Shown piece after piece: positions 27,536 to 41,092 of a DNA stretch of 64,000 bases. The stretch lies in contig JALMLS010000304.1 in the NCBI GenBank assembly GCA_038496445.1, positions 124,001-188,000 of the forward strand, written 5' to 3'. Origin of the DNA: Trichosphaerium sp. ATCC 40318 (taxonomy: Eukaryota > Protista > Tubulinea). Positions within the stretch are counted from its first letter, which is position 1. Each line of letters begins with the position of its first letter. A program made the position numbers and the translations under genes. The notes beneath the pieces are model-generated. The model had not been told where the DNA came from. It did no database searches and was given only the letters and a program-made list of their open reading frames with translations.

Positions 27536-29083
27536 TCATTCGTCGTCTGAATCGTAATGTCTATGAAGTGGACATTCCATACGTCCAATCTTATCAAACC
27601 AATCATTAACACAAGGCTCATGGAATACACAAAGACAATTAAGAGTGGTAACTGATTCGCCAGCAGAAAAATTATCAAAGCAAATAGGACATTCCTTGTG
27701 CATTGTTTTCTTCAAAGTTGTAACTATTCAAAAAAAAAAGTCAATTACAGAGAAGAAGAAAAAGGAATCACAAAAATTATGGAGGTTATTTAGTTTACGA
27801 ATACTTGTTTGTGATCTACTGCGTGTAGCTCAAATACTATGCATTTTGCAAGATACAGACCAAGTACTACTTGTACTAGGCCAAAAGGGCAAACCACAAA
27901 GAGGCTTAAGGGGTGCCGTGGCCCTTTAAGTGTGCATTCGTTGTTGTTTTTTTTTTTTGTTTTTTTTTTTGAATTAAAAGTTGTTGCGTACCACTGCATG
28001 TCGTTTTACTAAGATCAGTTTTTGTGAGGTCTACGTATACGTCCTTCTTTTTAGACATCTGCAAAGATTGTAATATCGCCTATTGTCAAAAGTGTTAACT
28101 TGACAATTTTACGTTAAGTCTCTCAGAGATACGAAAATGTTATTTTGAGGCAAAAATGGCGGTAAAAAAAAAAAAAAATATTATGTTGAGCTTCTTTACC
28201 TGTTCGAACCGGTCGTCTACTTGATTTTGAACAGATGACCCTTTCATATCAGAATGAGCACCTTTTAAGTGTTCTAATAGATTTGTATCTGCTTTTGGTG
28301 CGTAATGAACGCCCTAAAACGAAGAAAAAAATAAGCTAGAAGCCAAGCAAGACAAAGGTAATTTTTCATAATTTTTTTTCAAAAAAACTGAACGCACTGA
28401 CTGCAGGTAACATATTGGACACTCATAACCTTGTAGATCGCCAATATGATTAGCAATAACATGGTCATAGAAATCAATGGCTTCCATGATTTCTCCACAC
28501 CTAAGTAGAAGCTTAGAAGACCATGAGGCGGCAAGCGTTCAAATACAAATAATCCAATATACACGCGACGGAAAAACGCGAAAAACACGCTTGATACGTA
28601 CCCATTATACGGACAAGTAAGCGCAAATGGTGACGAAGGATCTATGGAATCGTAAGAAAGAAATAACAGTACAGAAAGATACAGCGTGAGCTGATTTTAA
28701 ATCATATTAGTTGTAACGTTTTTTCTTTTGATGTTTTACGCTGAAAGGTGTATTTTCTACGTACCTACAGCTTTCTTTGGCATTGGTATATGTGGTATAT
28801 CGTTTACTACAGTCTCTGTTAACGCAGACATGTTTAAACACTCGTCAATATGCCTAATAATCAGTAAAGGAACTGGTTGTACATTTTAGAGATAATGTAA
28901 TCAACACGGCTTGAATTCGCGAATTGTTGGGTACAAAAGGCTGTGCGATGTGTTAATAGATGATTATGTACCTGTTAACAACTTTCAAATCACTTCCAAG
29001 CGATTTACTGCATATAGGGCAAAGTTGATTCTTAGAGTTAGGTTCTGACCTACGTTCTTTGGTGTTTTTGGTGAGTTACCCAT
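27536..29083 (-). CDS. RING-H2 E3 ligase with UBZ and Di19-type zinc fingers (ZNRF-like)
   Basis: MGNS start; CPICSKSL..VNRHIDECL; CPYNGCG..DHVIANH..CPIC..LLEHLKGAH; ECPICFDNF..LNCLCVFHEPCVNDWF..CPLH. Confidence 0.8.
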
Positions 29084-29367
29084 TTTAATTGAATATTTTA
29101 CCGTGTACCTGTTTTTTTTGTTTGTGGAGGAGAGTGCTGCAGCATTTCCCACGACATCCCGCTTGACGAAGAAGACATTGAATAAGACTCTGCACTACTT
29201 GAACTGGAGCTATCAAGACTCATATAACCCAACGAGTAACGCGGGCAAAGGCAACCAGGTAGGACAACGGCCGAATTATGTGTTGACTACGTGAGGACTG
29301 TAGACGAATGTAACGAAACGACAAAAAAAAAACAGTAGCGTACTGTGAAGCTGGTAGTAATTGAAGA

Positions 29368-30609
29368 ATGTCTAGCTTACTGAAAGCAACGTTACGCCCA
29401 AAAAATGATGACACTTGTAGGCATGTAAAACCAACTGAAGAGCATAAAGGAAGGTAAAAAAGCGCCAGTTTACTCTCTTACAACTGTTTGTAGCGTTATT
29501 TTTCTACACGGCCTTGGAGACACTGCGTACGCTTCCAAGACACCTAAAAATCATATTTACAGGCCAAAAGAGACGGATGGTTTGGTACCATGAAACAACT
29601 TGCCAAAAAAACTCCACACATTCACTACATCTTACCAACAGCGTACGCTATAGTATTCCCTAATTAAAACCCATCTTTTGGGCACACTAAACATAATTTA
29701 TATTCCGACTAACACATCTCAGACCAATGAGAGCTGTCACTATCAATGGTGGTGCAGTACGTTATCAACATAATTAGCCCTTTACTGCGTTGTCATTTTG
29801 ACACGATCTAATAGGTAATGAATGCGTGGTATGACATTAAAGAAGTAGGTAAGTGTATACCTGTGCTCGACTTTTTTTATACTTTATAATTGTACTTAAG
29901 TTAGCATTTATAGAGAGCAGATCAAATGATACTTTCGATGGTATTGATGAAACTAAGGACACAAGTACGTTAAATAATGAAAACGATGTAAAGAGCTTAA
30001 ATTGGAGTAGTATTCGCTATAATCCAAAAGGAACTTGATGCAGGCATACCATCTAAAAATATTTTCATAATTGGATTCTCTCAAGGCGGCGCTTCTGCGC
30101 TTTATGCTGGGTACTTACGTTGTATTTATTCACCTTTAAATATATCCTAGGTATCAATATGATAAACCCCTAGCTGGAATAGGATCTCTGTCAAGTTACT
30201 TGCCAAGGATAAAAGAATACCACAAGGTTTCAAAACACAAGTTGTTTCTTATTTTCTTCTGATTTTTTTTTTGAAGCACTTCAACAAAGCCAACATAAAT
30301 ACACCTCTCTTTTGGTAAGTATAATTACAATATACCTTTTTATATGTTACTGAGTGCTTACTTTTTTGTTAAATATAGGGGTCACGGTGACAGGTTCTTG
30401 AATGCTTGACATGTTGGTTTTTTTTTTCTCATTCTTTTCGTATTTAGAGACCCGACTGTTCAACTTGGTTGGGGTAGAAGTAGTTTCGAGAGACTATCTA
30501 ATCTTGGCGTTAAAGGAAAGTTCAACATATACAAGGGCATGCGTCACACTGCATGTGACGAGGAACTGGAAGATTTGGTCAACTTTATCTGCGAGCAAGG
30601 TACCTGTAA
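29368..30609 (+). CDS. Acyl-protein thioesterase / lysophospholipase (LYPLA/APT1 family)
   Basis: VIFLHGLGDT, ILPTAP, MNAWYDI, IIGFSQGG, GHGD, YKGMRH. Confidence 0.9.
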
Positions 30610-31112
30610 AACAAAACTTTTTTCGTACTAAATCCATACGTCTACTAGTTAAAATATAAACTGTGAACATCTACGAATCAAAAAGCAGCAGCGTAGATTA
30701 AAATCGCAATACTTCATGTCAGTTGTAGTACTACGTGGTTGTTTAATAAAAAGTTATTTATTATTAATTCAATTTCTTGATTGCAGGATTCTTGATTTTA
30801 CAGCTTTTTACTTTGAAGCACAGACATGTTGTATAGTATCCGCAGCTATAAAACTCTGTCACATCAGTACAAAGAACATCATGAGACATGCTGTAGTAAA
30901 ACAGTAGAGCAGGCTTGAAATCGGTGATTGATAATAAACTAGTAGTTTGTAACTAGAAATAAAGTGTTGAACATCAGACGTTTGTCACTTTTTATCCTTG
31001 AGCCAACAATAATAAGCATTGTATCAACCTTATTCTGTTAGAACTTGTGGTACAACTTACTAATGTAGGATTGTTGAGTGAGAAAAATTGGTTGCCTTTT
31101 TTTATTATTATT

Positions 31113-32957
31113 TTACACTGTATGAGACCTAGGCTTTGTGTATTGGTCTAACCTTATCATCGAAACACAACCATCCTTATGTCGTGTTACATTAGTAGCA
31201 TATAAAATGTCATTACACCAAGACATGCCACTTATACTAAATTTTTCACTTGTGACATGTATTGGTCCAGAAAAAACAGGAACAACATAACCTGCATCGT
31301 AGTCAACTTTAAAAATACCACAGTTATTGTATCCATATAATAGACCATCAGTTTTTGAAAAAGTAATGCCTTGAGGGTGATAAAAAAGACTGACTCCGGT
31401 TTCTTTAAGAGAAAAAGAAGAAACTAAACCACTCATAGATGATATCTTTCTTATCGAATTATTACCAAAGTCAGATACATAAATTGCGCCATCACCTACA
31501 GTGCAATAAGTAAGAGAGTACGTGTATCATGTAGACGTACCAATACAAGCGCCATAAGGCCAGTAAAACATTGCATCCGCTAATTTTCCGTCTTCATATC
31601 CAGATTTCTTTGGACCTCCACATATTGTTGAAACGACTCCTTTGTCGTCTATTCTTCTTATAGCATGATTACTACTATCACAAACAATCAAATTATCTTT
31701 GTCATCAAAAGCAAGTCCACGTGGTCTATTGAATAAAGACTCACTAACACCTTGTCCATCTTTGTATCCAGATTCTGATTCGTTTCCTGCAAACACTTGT
31801 AGAGAAGAGTCTTCACCACTAATACGAGAAATACAATGTCCAGTAGAAACGTATATATCGTTTGATTTATGTACAACAATACCAGCCACGTGAGGTAAAG
31901 CCAAAGAAACACTTGAAAAAAAAATTAGAAACTAACCGTTAACATCCTTTTTTGGTTTTTTCATAAAACCCCGAAAGTACTTGTTTGGAATTTTAGGATA
32001 AAGAATCAACCATGTATTCCTTCCGTTGATTTTTCGTATTTTAATGTAAAATTGATACATTGTGTTCCAGATTAATAGAAAAGAAAAAAACGGAGAAAAA
32101 AAAGTCAAAGAGGTAAAAGTCATTTAGACGTACTACTTGAATGTTTGTTTTCTAATATCCATTATCGCTAATTTCTCCTTTGTTACAACAACTAACTATT
32201 TTCCATATTTAGTATATTATGAACAAGAAAAAAAAGGTCACATGCGTTGAGGAAGGTTCCCAAAAAACCGAAAAATTGAGAAAAAAGTACTTACTATCTG
32301 AAGATCCGGACTTGCTGCTAGCGTCTTTATCTGACCATGAGTAGTTCCTACGCCAACGCTTTCTTTTGTAAAAACTTGAGTAAGGTCCCGAAAAACTGCT
32401 GTTGTCTGAGCAACGTTGTAGAAGCGTTTTGAGACTATCAATGATGAGTTTTGAAAAACACTAGCGCGTTGTAACGGGAACACTAGTATTTTCTCTTAAA
32501 ATCGCTCCCGTTCAGGTATACGCATCCATTTAATCGTACCTAAGCACACAGCATACAAATGAGGTGGTTTCTTCATTTTTGAGAATATTTCATACAAAAC
32601 ATCATTTGGAAGTATAGAAACGTCTCCTAGTGTACGTATTATTTCAATGCAAGCGTATGGATTGATTTGTTTACATTTTCGTTCTTCCTGAATTGAAAAA
32701 ATTTGGTTGCAAGTTTTGGTACAGAAAAAAACATAAAACAAAAAAAACAACAGGAATTTAATGTTATATTCAAGTGTACCATTATTCAATAAGTGTGATC
32801 TTCTTGGAGACATTCTTCGTTGTTTTCTTGATTGTAGAATGTATGGCTTTAGCGCTGTTGTGATATTGAGAACACTAGAGCAAGAACGAGGCGGTTTGAG
32901 TAGCTCTTCATCTGTTTCTTGTTGCCACTCAAATCGACGGCGTATCAACTCTCCCAT
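31113..32957 (-). CDS. F-box + NHL-repeat protein
   Basis: ILPNDVLYEIFSKM..CL|VSKRFY (F-box); FNRPRGLAFD..VCDSSNHAIRRI, FYWPYG, VSDFGNNSIRKI (NHL). Confidence 0.8.
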
Positions 32958-33251
32958 TACCTTCAAATACGAAAGCTGTTGTCCTTTTTAATTGTTTGGT
33001 TTTTTGTTTTGCACTTGAGCTTGTGATGCTTTTTAAACAAGTTTTTTATATGACTTTGATTTCACCGAAAAGCCAAAAAAAAAATAAAAGGAATTGAAAT
33101 TCTAAAACGTTTACCCTACTTTCCTTTATAAGCATAATACTACCAAAATACAGAATAATGCTTTATCATTTTAAAACCGACACTGACGTGTGTTATGTAG
33201 ACATGAATTTATGAGTTTTTTTTTGTTTTCTTTTTCGGTTTTACACAATAT

Positions 33252-34583
33252 CTAAGGCACTGCACGACGAATAAAGTTTTTAACGCTGTCTAGATTATCT
33301 TCTTTTACAGAGCACTATATTAAAAAATAAACATTAATTCCAGTTAGTTGATAAACGGGAAATTTCAGAAAACTACAAACACAAAAACTAGAAAAAAAAA
33401 ACTAAAAAGTTGTACAACATACCTCACAGAACACAATTTCAAATGGAAGTTGATCAAAAGAAAATGGTGATGATGTCTCTCCAAGAATAATTGTGTCATT
33501 GTCGCCTTCACCTACATCACCTAGTTGCAATAGTCAGTTAACGTTAAAATCTAAACTGTTATCATACCTGGCCCTCTAGATCGCGTGGCACGCACTTTAT
33601 CGCTATAAAAACGTCAACTAAGCTATAATCTACAAAAAAAACTTACAGTTCTGATTCAAGCTTCTTTCTGATTTGTTTAGAAGTAGCCATAACATCTTCT
33701 GATTTATTGCAAGCTATTTGAATAATAGTATTTCCTTTATAGGTACCAGCATTCGTTAAAATCTCGTACAAGTAGCTACGTAAGATATGAGCAAGTCGTT
33801 CTTGTTTGGAGGCCCAAAATTATTGAGCTGTTCATTTTCACAAAAAAAAAGAAAATAACTGACATACTCTGCGTTAGCGCGGACTTGTTGGTTGAATGTT
33901 TGCATATCAAGAACGTATATAATGCCTGCAGCTTTATCGAGAGATTCTTGGTAAATTGTAGCACTTCTAAGCCTATTATGACCTGGAAAGTCTACAAAGT
34001 TGATTGAACTTTTCGTGCGTTGTACAGTCTAAATTTTGTTAGCGTGTTAACTCGGTTCTAAGTGTTTTACAGTCATGACAGGCAATTTTTGGTGAAATAT
34101 AGTTATAAAATGACAATAAACACCATTTCTTACCTCTTTGTGTAACTCCTTACATGTTATTTCGTTTGCTTGCATAGATGTTACAGTGTCAATCATTTTA
34201 CCTTGAACCAACTATAATAGGCGTTAAAACCTTATTAATACGCGTGAAGTACCTTCACGAGCATTGTAGTCTTTCCGGCATCGCATAAACCCATCAATAC
34301 AATTGTATTTCCTCTTGACTTCGAAAATAGAGAGGAGAAGAGGTATACAACTACAAGAGTTACTCTTGGCGTCAAACTATTAATTGTCGCACCAACAAAC
34401 AGAAAAATTAAGAACGCCACCGCTAACGAACCAGAGAGCGCAAGGTAAGGCTCACATGGTATGTCTCGAGAAATTAGCTCATCACATATACTTCTGCCAA
34501 TTTGAAGGCCAGGACCTGTTACGTATTCACGTACAATCTCCTACTTTAATTACAAAAAGTCAAAGGAGTTGGCAACGTACCAT
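33252..34583 (-). CDS. SRPRB: Signal recognition particle receptor beta subunit
   Basis: N-terminal TM; GLCDAGKT; TVTSM; VDFPGH; IACNKSE; LESEL. Confidence 0.88.
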
Positions 34584-34805
34584 TTCAGCGAAGATCTGGT
34601 GACAGTCACCTCTTGTTCAAAGTCAGCAATAGTAAATTCAACTAAAGTAAGAAGATATTGCAAACACGTGTACATATTCTTTACGTCCATTAGTTGAAAC
34701 GTGACTAACATGCGTATCTGTGAAGTTGGAATGAAGCTATTTTACACCGAGTGTCCTGGCACTCTTACTACAGAATACAAGTCAGGTTGCTTTAGTATTT
34801 TATAG

Positions 34806-36172
34806 TTACACAGATGCGTCAAAAGGTAGAACACCAACACAACTTGGAGCGCCACAATAGCATTTCTTTTGTTGTCTATTGATTTTCTCTTCGCCATCAG
34901 TGGTTACAGAACCATAACTGTACGTCAACTCCTCGCCAGATTGTATATCTCTTATTGCAAACATACATATTGTTGGTACAACACTACCAGCTCGAACCTA
35001 ATAATACAATCAGTCAAACAAACAAATGAACATAGTACGCATACTGGAACAGGTACAAGGTTTGGTTCACACGAATGGTTCAAAAATCGTCCAATATTTC
35101 CTTTGACACGTGGATCAACATTTGTACGATAAACACCCTTTGCACTAAAGGGTTGAGAAGTGTGTTTGACATAGTACTATCGTACGTGTGTTCTCTGATT
35201 ACCAAAAGATAGTTTATTAATTTCGAATCGTCTTGGAAAGACAACCTTGCTTTGGCTTCTTTGGTGCTTATGATTTCGCCAGCATACCTTATACTGTTAG
35301 TGTATCTACCTTAGTATCAAGTATGTGCGTACTCGCACACAAACTGATGTTTGAGTATGTCTTCTGCTGCAAAGACACCCCAACCTTTATTGTTTGTGTT
35401 TTGCAACTTGGGAAATATTAGAACAAAACGACTTGCAACCACTTACTCGAATAGGCGTTGTAACACCGTTTTCAGGGTATCTATTGGCGCACGTAATTGG
35501 GCACCTGCAATCACTATGACAAGCGTATATTAGTCCAAGGTTAGGAGCATCTGCAACTACAACAGTGTTTCTCGGCGAAAAGACTCGTCCTGAAGCTTCA
35601 TAAGCGTATAGTTATCACTATAAAACGTGCCTTGCACGTGCTCATAGCAGAAACAAGTGTTTGAATCAAAACAATCTACACATGCACAACCAGATTGGCA
35701 TTGTAACGAGCGGCCAGCGCAAAAAGAACGGCGAATGTACTACAAAATTCAGTAAAAACAAGGTGCGCAATATGCCACACCTTGAACAATGGGAAAGAGT
35801 AATCCAATGCATTTGTGATTGGTATTGGCTGCGATTCAAGCCCTAGCACAAATATTGGCAAAAGTGTACTACATAACAACGTTTGAATCCACTACTGTAT
35901 CTCATGGCGTAATACGTGCCTCTGGAGACGTCTACTGCAATATACTCAAATACAGTACGTTGAAGAGCCTTACACGTCTTACATAGCGTCAGCGTGATTT
36001 CAGTATAATTAACTAGCTTGCCATAGCAACAGAAATCAAGCTACGTATGTCAATCGTTGACAGGATAGGACAATCGCTGGTACATAAATAGACGAATAGT
36101 ACATCCATACTTGCGTACTGCGCCGATTTTTGTAGCACTTTGCTCATGTTCAAGGCATTTTACATCTGGCAT
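34806..36172 (-). CDS. Pre-SET/SET/post-SET histone lysine methyltransferase, SUVR3/SETMAR-like; 3 GC-AG introns
   Basis: DVSRG|LE, CHSDCRCPITCANR, KGWGVFA, FVCE|YAGEII, GNIGRFLNHSCEPN, GEELTYSY, CYCGAPSCVGVLP. Confidence 0.9.
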
Positions 36173-36225
36173 TTTTTGGTCAAACGCAGTGCTAGTCTGT
36201 CTGATATCTCCTCCACGTAACCCGT

Positions 36226-38188
36226 ATGTCAAGCGGAACCATTCGAGAAAAGATCAAGGCTTTACAAGATGAAGTTGCCAGGTACGCCTATTTATTCTTT
36301 AATTACGCGACTACGAGCATTGTGGAGCGTATATAAAGAACTTTTATCATTTAGTGCTGTTCGTATGTTAAATTATTATACAGAACACAGAAAAACAAGG
36401 CTACCAACTATCACTTGGGAACAATAAAGGCTAAAATCGCAAAATTGAGAGCACAACTTCTAGAACCCGCAGGTGGTAAAGGAGGAGGCGAAGGAGAAGG
36501 TTTTGAGGTTAAAAAACTCGGTGCAGCCCGTGTAGCACTTATTGGATTTCCTTCAGTTGGTAAATCAACCATGCTCACAAAACTCACTGGCACCAAGTCG
36601 GGCAAGCAACTTGAGACCTATGAATGTCAAATAACTGACATTCTTTTTCTGCAGAATCCGCAAACTACGAATTTACAACTTTGACATGTATTCCTGGTGT
36701 AATCCACTACAATGACGCTAAGATACAATTACTTGGTACGTACAGTAACTTCTTTCATGTCTCATTGTTAATTTTATTCAGATTTACCTGGTATCGTTAA
36801 AGGAGCAGCCGAGGGTATTGGTAGAGGTAAGCAAAAAGCGCAAGTTTAGATAGACGACATTATTTTATTAAATTGATTTTTTTTCTTTAACTGCTTGCTA
36901 TCAACGCGCAAACTCTTACACTGTCACTAGGACGACAAGTTGTTACAGTAGCAAAATCAGCTGATTTGATTCTTATGGTGCTAGATGCAGCAAAGGAAGA
37001 TACAATACGGTACACTTAGAATAACAACAGCCTAATTTTTGCAGTCGTTTATCACGTGATGTAGCACTGTTTTAAAGATTTATTTTTAACTTTTTATCAG
37101 ACACAAAGAACTCCTTACAAAGGAATTAACAGCGATCGGTATTCGATTGAATAGAGATCCACCAGATATTTACTTCAAAAAAAAGCCTACCGGTGGTGTA
37201 AAGGTGAGTGTAGAGTTTGTTAAAAGAGGTTATTTAGGCTCACATCTTATTAGTTTAACTCAATGGTAAAACTTACAAAACTTGGTCCTAATCCTGAAGA
37301 GGCAGTAAAGAAGGTTTTAAAAGAATATAAAATTCATAATTGTGAAGTAATGATGCGCGAAGATATAGATATTGATGAGTTTATTGATATTGTTCAAGGG
37401 TATGAAGAAATTTGATAAATTTCCGGTTTTTTTCTTCTAATCTGCTTCCCTAGCAACCGTAAATACATTAAATGCCTTTATGTATACAATAAGATAGATG
37501 TTATTACTATTGAGCGTATGAATGCACTTGCAAGACGACCAGACGCACTCGTTATCAGCTGTTTCCAAAGTTTAAATTTAGATTATTTGTTAGAACGTGT
37601 TTGGGATGAGTTAGCCCTTGTACGTATTGGTTTTGTACTTTTTAACCGACTCGATTACAATATTTTGATCAACTTGCTTCAACACTAACCAAACCGTAGG
37701 TTCGCGTTTACACCAAGAAAAAGGGAGAAGCACCTGATTTTAATGATCCTTTGATTTTGACCCAACATCGTGGTGGATGTAGTGTAATGAACGCTTGTAA
37801 TCAATTGCATCGAGAGCTTGCCGACGAGATGAAGTGGGCTTATGTTTGGGGCACAAGCGTAAAGGTACGAGCGCGAATGGGAAAGAAAAAAAAAGTTTAA
37901 ACCATCCGTGTGAAACTTGACTGATCATTGTTGTTTAGCACATGCCACAAAAATGTGGTTTACAGCATGTATTGAAAGATGAAGATGTTATACAAATCGT
38001 AATAAAGACAACAGAGGAACAACGGCAAGACAAGTCGTATGCTAAGCGGGTAACTAAAACTTCAGTTTTTCCTCTTACATAAAAAAATGTAATTAACATT
38101 ATTTTTTTTTGTTCAGGTTCAAGCATGCTATGATAACTACCATGAAAAGAAAAAAGCTCAAAAAGCAAAGAAACCTTTGCGGTCATAA
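36226..38188 (+). CDS. DRG2: Developmentally regulated GTP-binding protein (DRG2/Rbg2-like, with TGS domain)
   Basis: [60 protein letters not shown]. Confidence 0.93.
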
Positions 38189-38373
38189 TAAAAAGTTTTT
38201 GGGTTCAAGTCCAGTTTCTGTAGGATTAAGATTAAGAGACTCTAACTTTAGTTGAAAATTACAAAACAGTTTCTTTGACTTCTTTCTGAGTTCTACGGGA
38301 GTTCAATAAGACGTTTCGTTACAATACGCGGATTCCTTCATTTTGTAAGTACAACGAAGCGTTGTTAGCAACT

Positions 38374-38757
38374 ATGAACGAGGAAGAACAAAGCAGTTGG
38401 CAATACAGCGGATACAAGTTCTATGCACCTATTCGGAGCTACTTAAGACCGCTACAACCTGTGACAGTGACTCTGAATATAGATAGCAATGGCATTACTA
38501 ATATTGACGCTCACAATAGCCCCACGAGCTACTGTATATGTAAAGAGGCTATTAAACATCGTCAGTTTAATTTATCGAAAGCAGAGCTTCACAAGTGTAT
38601 TATACGGCGCCAAGTAATGTCTATTAACGAACGCATGCTTGCAGCGCAGCGAGAACTACTGAGATGGCTTGTAAGGGATGTTGTTCATATCATTATTCGT
38701 ATGGCGTTTGCAGACGACGTAGTTAGGCTCAATGGTCCCAAAAGGCGATACAACTAA
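38374..38757 (+). CDS. Intronless hypothetical protein
   Basis: Uninterrupted ORF of about 127 aa with coding-like composition between two genes. Confidence 0.45.
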   Translation: MNEEEQSSWQYSGYKFYAPIRSYLRPLQPVTVTLNIDSNGITNIDAHNSPTSYCICKEAIKHRQFNLSKAELHKCIIRRQVMSINERMLAAQRELLRWLVRDVVHIIIRMAFADDVVRLNGPKRRYN

Positions 38758-38999
38758 CGTCATCTAGCTTTAGAACAGTTTTGAATCGGTTGAAAACAAA
38801 CAAGCAAATGTAAAATAAAATTGATAAAAAGTTTCAAACCCTTACCCAAAGTACAAATTGCCCTTATTCTTGTACAATGTTACCAGCATTAAACAAACAC
38901 AAACGTATCACTGTGTTTTGAACCTAGTTTTGTAAGTTTTGAAACTGTTTCGAAACCCAAACTTGTGTGACATTTGTTTTAAACCAACACCGAACACAC

Positions 39000-40571
39000 A
39001 TGTACTCCTCTGCTACTTCAGTAACACGTAAAAGGAAGCCTGAAACAATTCTTCAACGTCCTGGCAAACGACAGCACACTATCGCGTCTGTCCTTAAAAC
39101 TATCACCAACACACCTGCAAAACACAAAGAAGGCTTTTCAGGTATTCAAACTGTCGGCTAAAAAGAAAAAGGTGGAAGCGACACAAAGCATCCAATCATA
39201 CGAAACCACGACTTGGATTTGCCTCCACAGACCCATCTATGTCTGGACGATAGTGTTGTTGTACTGTACTTTAAACAATTGGATCGTTATGTACCAGCTC
39301 CTTTAAATTTCATGGATATCAATCTCGGGTCTGACATTGAACATGTACGTAGAATCTGAACTATGCATTTCTTACCATGACATTTTCACGACAGCTCTTG
39401 AATCATAATCGCTTGGTATGCTCTCCACCTCTCGAACCTCCTAAAAAAGGGAACAATCCAGGAAACCCACTACGAAGAGTATTGAACCATCGTAAGCAAT
39501 ATTCCAGATCCATCCCGGGATTCTGATATTTTTCTTGTCTAACTTTTGTGCAGTTGGCTTTGTACCTGAAGGTAAAGAAGGTAGTAATTTAAGACAAGTA
39601 TATGGAAACACAGTGAATTCAATACGCGTTTTAAACGGATTAACAAGACCAAAAGCCAACACTAGCTGTAAACATGCGTTTATAACAAATCATGACGAGA
39701 AAAAGGAATGCTTGGATCAACTGGTTACGTTTGCAGAAGCAAAGAGTATACATGGCGGTGCATCAGTTAGTACAATGACATATGTGCGGGCTAGTGTTTT
39801 TGCAAAGGTTCTAGGTACGCCGTCATTGAAGCTTTGCATTTCAGAAAACAATCCGAAAAGATATCAAGTTATTTTATTTTTTGTACTCACACGACGTAGG
39901 ATGGCAACGTACTGGTACTAAGGACGCAGTATTAAGATTCTTTTACAAGCTATCTAATGGTTACTTTATTGTCGTCGAAGAGCCGTTTATCATAGAGAAT
40001 AAGGTTCGTTGATTATAAAAAATCACAAACGGCTAACAATTCGTAGAAGAAAAACAAATCACGTGGACGGAAATCTAAGTCATCTCAAGTAGTTACCAAA
40101 ATTCCATGTGATCAACCAACTTCACTTCCTTTACGCTCAAGATTGAGATCACAAGCCGCGCCAATACAAGATGTATCTAACCAAGTACAAGACACTTTAC
40201 TGTTGCCTCCATCAGATATAGTGGATACACCTCAAAGTCATACAACACCTCGGATTAGACTGTATGACGTAATGATTAAACATGGGCTATCTTACAACGA
40301 TGTCATTCAAATAATCGAAGAAAAGTTTGCTCCTCTATTGTACGTAGAGTCTAAACTTGTTGCTTTTACTAAATTGTTTTTCTGTAGTGAAGTGCTTGAT
40401 AACACAAGCGAAGCTTCTTTCAGCGAAAGCGACGAACTTCAAAACTTGGAACAAATTAACCACGTGTATGATAACACTTATCTTGATGAAAGACAAGAAA
40501 TACAAGACTTGCATACTGATGAAGAATTGTCTGCTTTATCATCGCCAATCAATTGGCTAGCTTTAGACTAA
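39000..40571 (+). CDS. Hypothetical multi-exon protein with NLS-like N-terminus
   Basis: In-phase exons bounded by GT..AG link ORFs 38967, 39535 and 40143. Confidence 0.5.
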
Positions 40572-41092
40572 AATATGTATTCGATAATGTAAATAAAAGA
40601 CCACAGTAATGTGGGTAATGGTGTAATATCTGTATTGATTCCGAAATGTTTACTTTAGCACTTTGCACTATTATTGAGGATGTTGTTAGGTGCGGAGATA
40701 CTGAAAGTCTTTCGTTGATAAAGACGAGATTCGCGAACTGATTAGATCACGATGTTATAAGTGTTTTCTACGAATGTACTAAAGGCAAGCAAAAACAAAA
40801 GATTTCTTCTAAAGTATAACAGTATCATCACGTGATTTGTTAAAGTCTAGCGTCCATTTTCATGCCACCCTTTCTTCACCATGCCTTTTAATTATTCTAT
40901 TGTATAAGTTATTACTTTCTACACCGCATTCGCAATTTACTCTTTTGGTGGCAATGTGACTCGTCATCAATTGTAGCCATTGATATTGATATTACACCAA
41001 GCTTTGCTCCGTTGCTGGAGGATCTTAGTGAGAGCATAATGACCCAAAAAAGAACAAATTTTATTTAAGTATTTATACAAGTTTACATTGTC

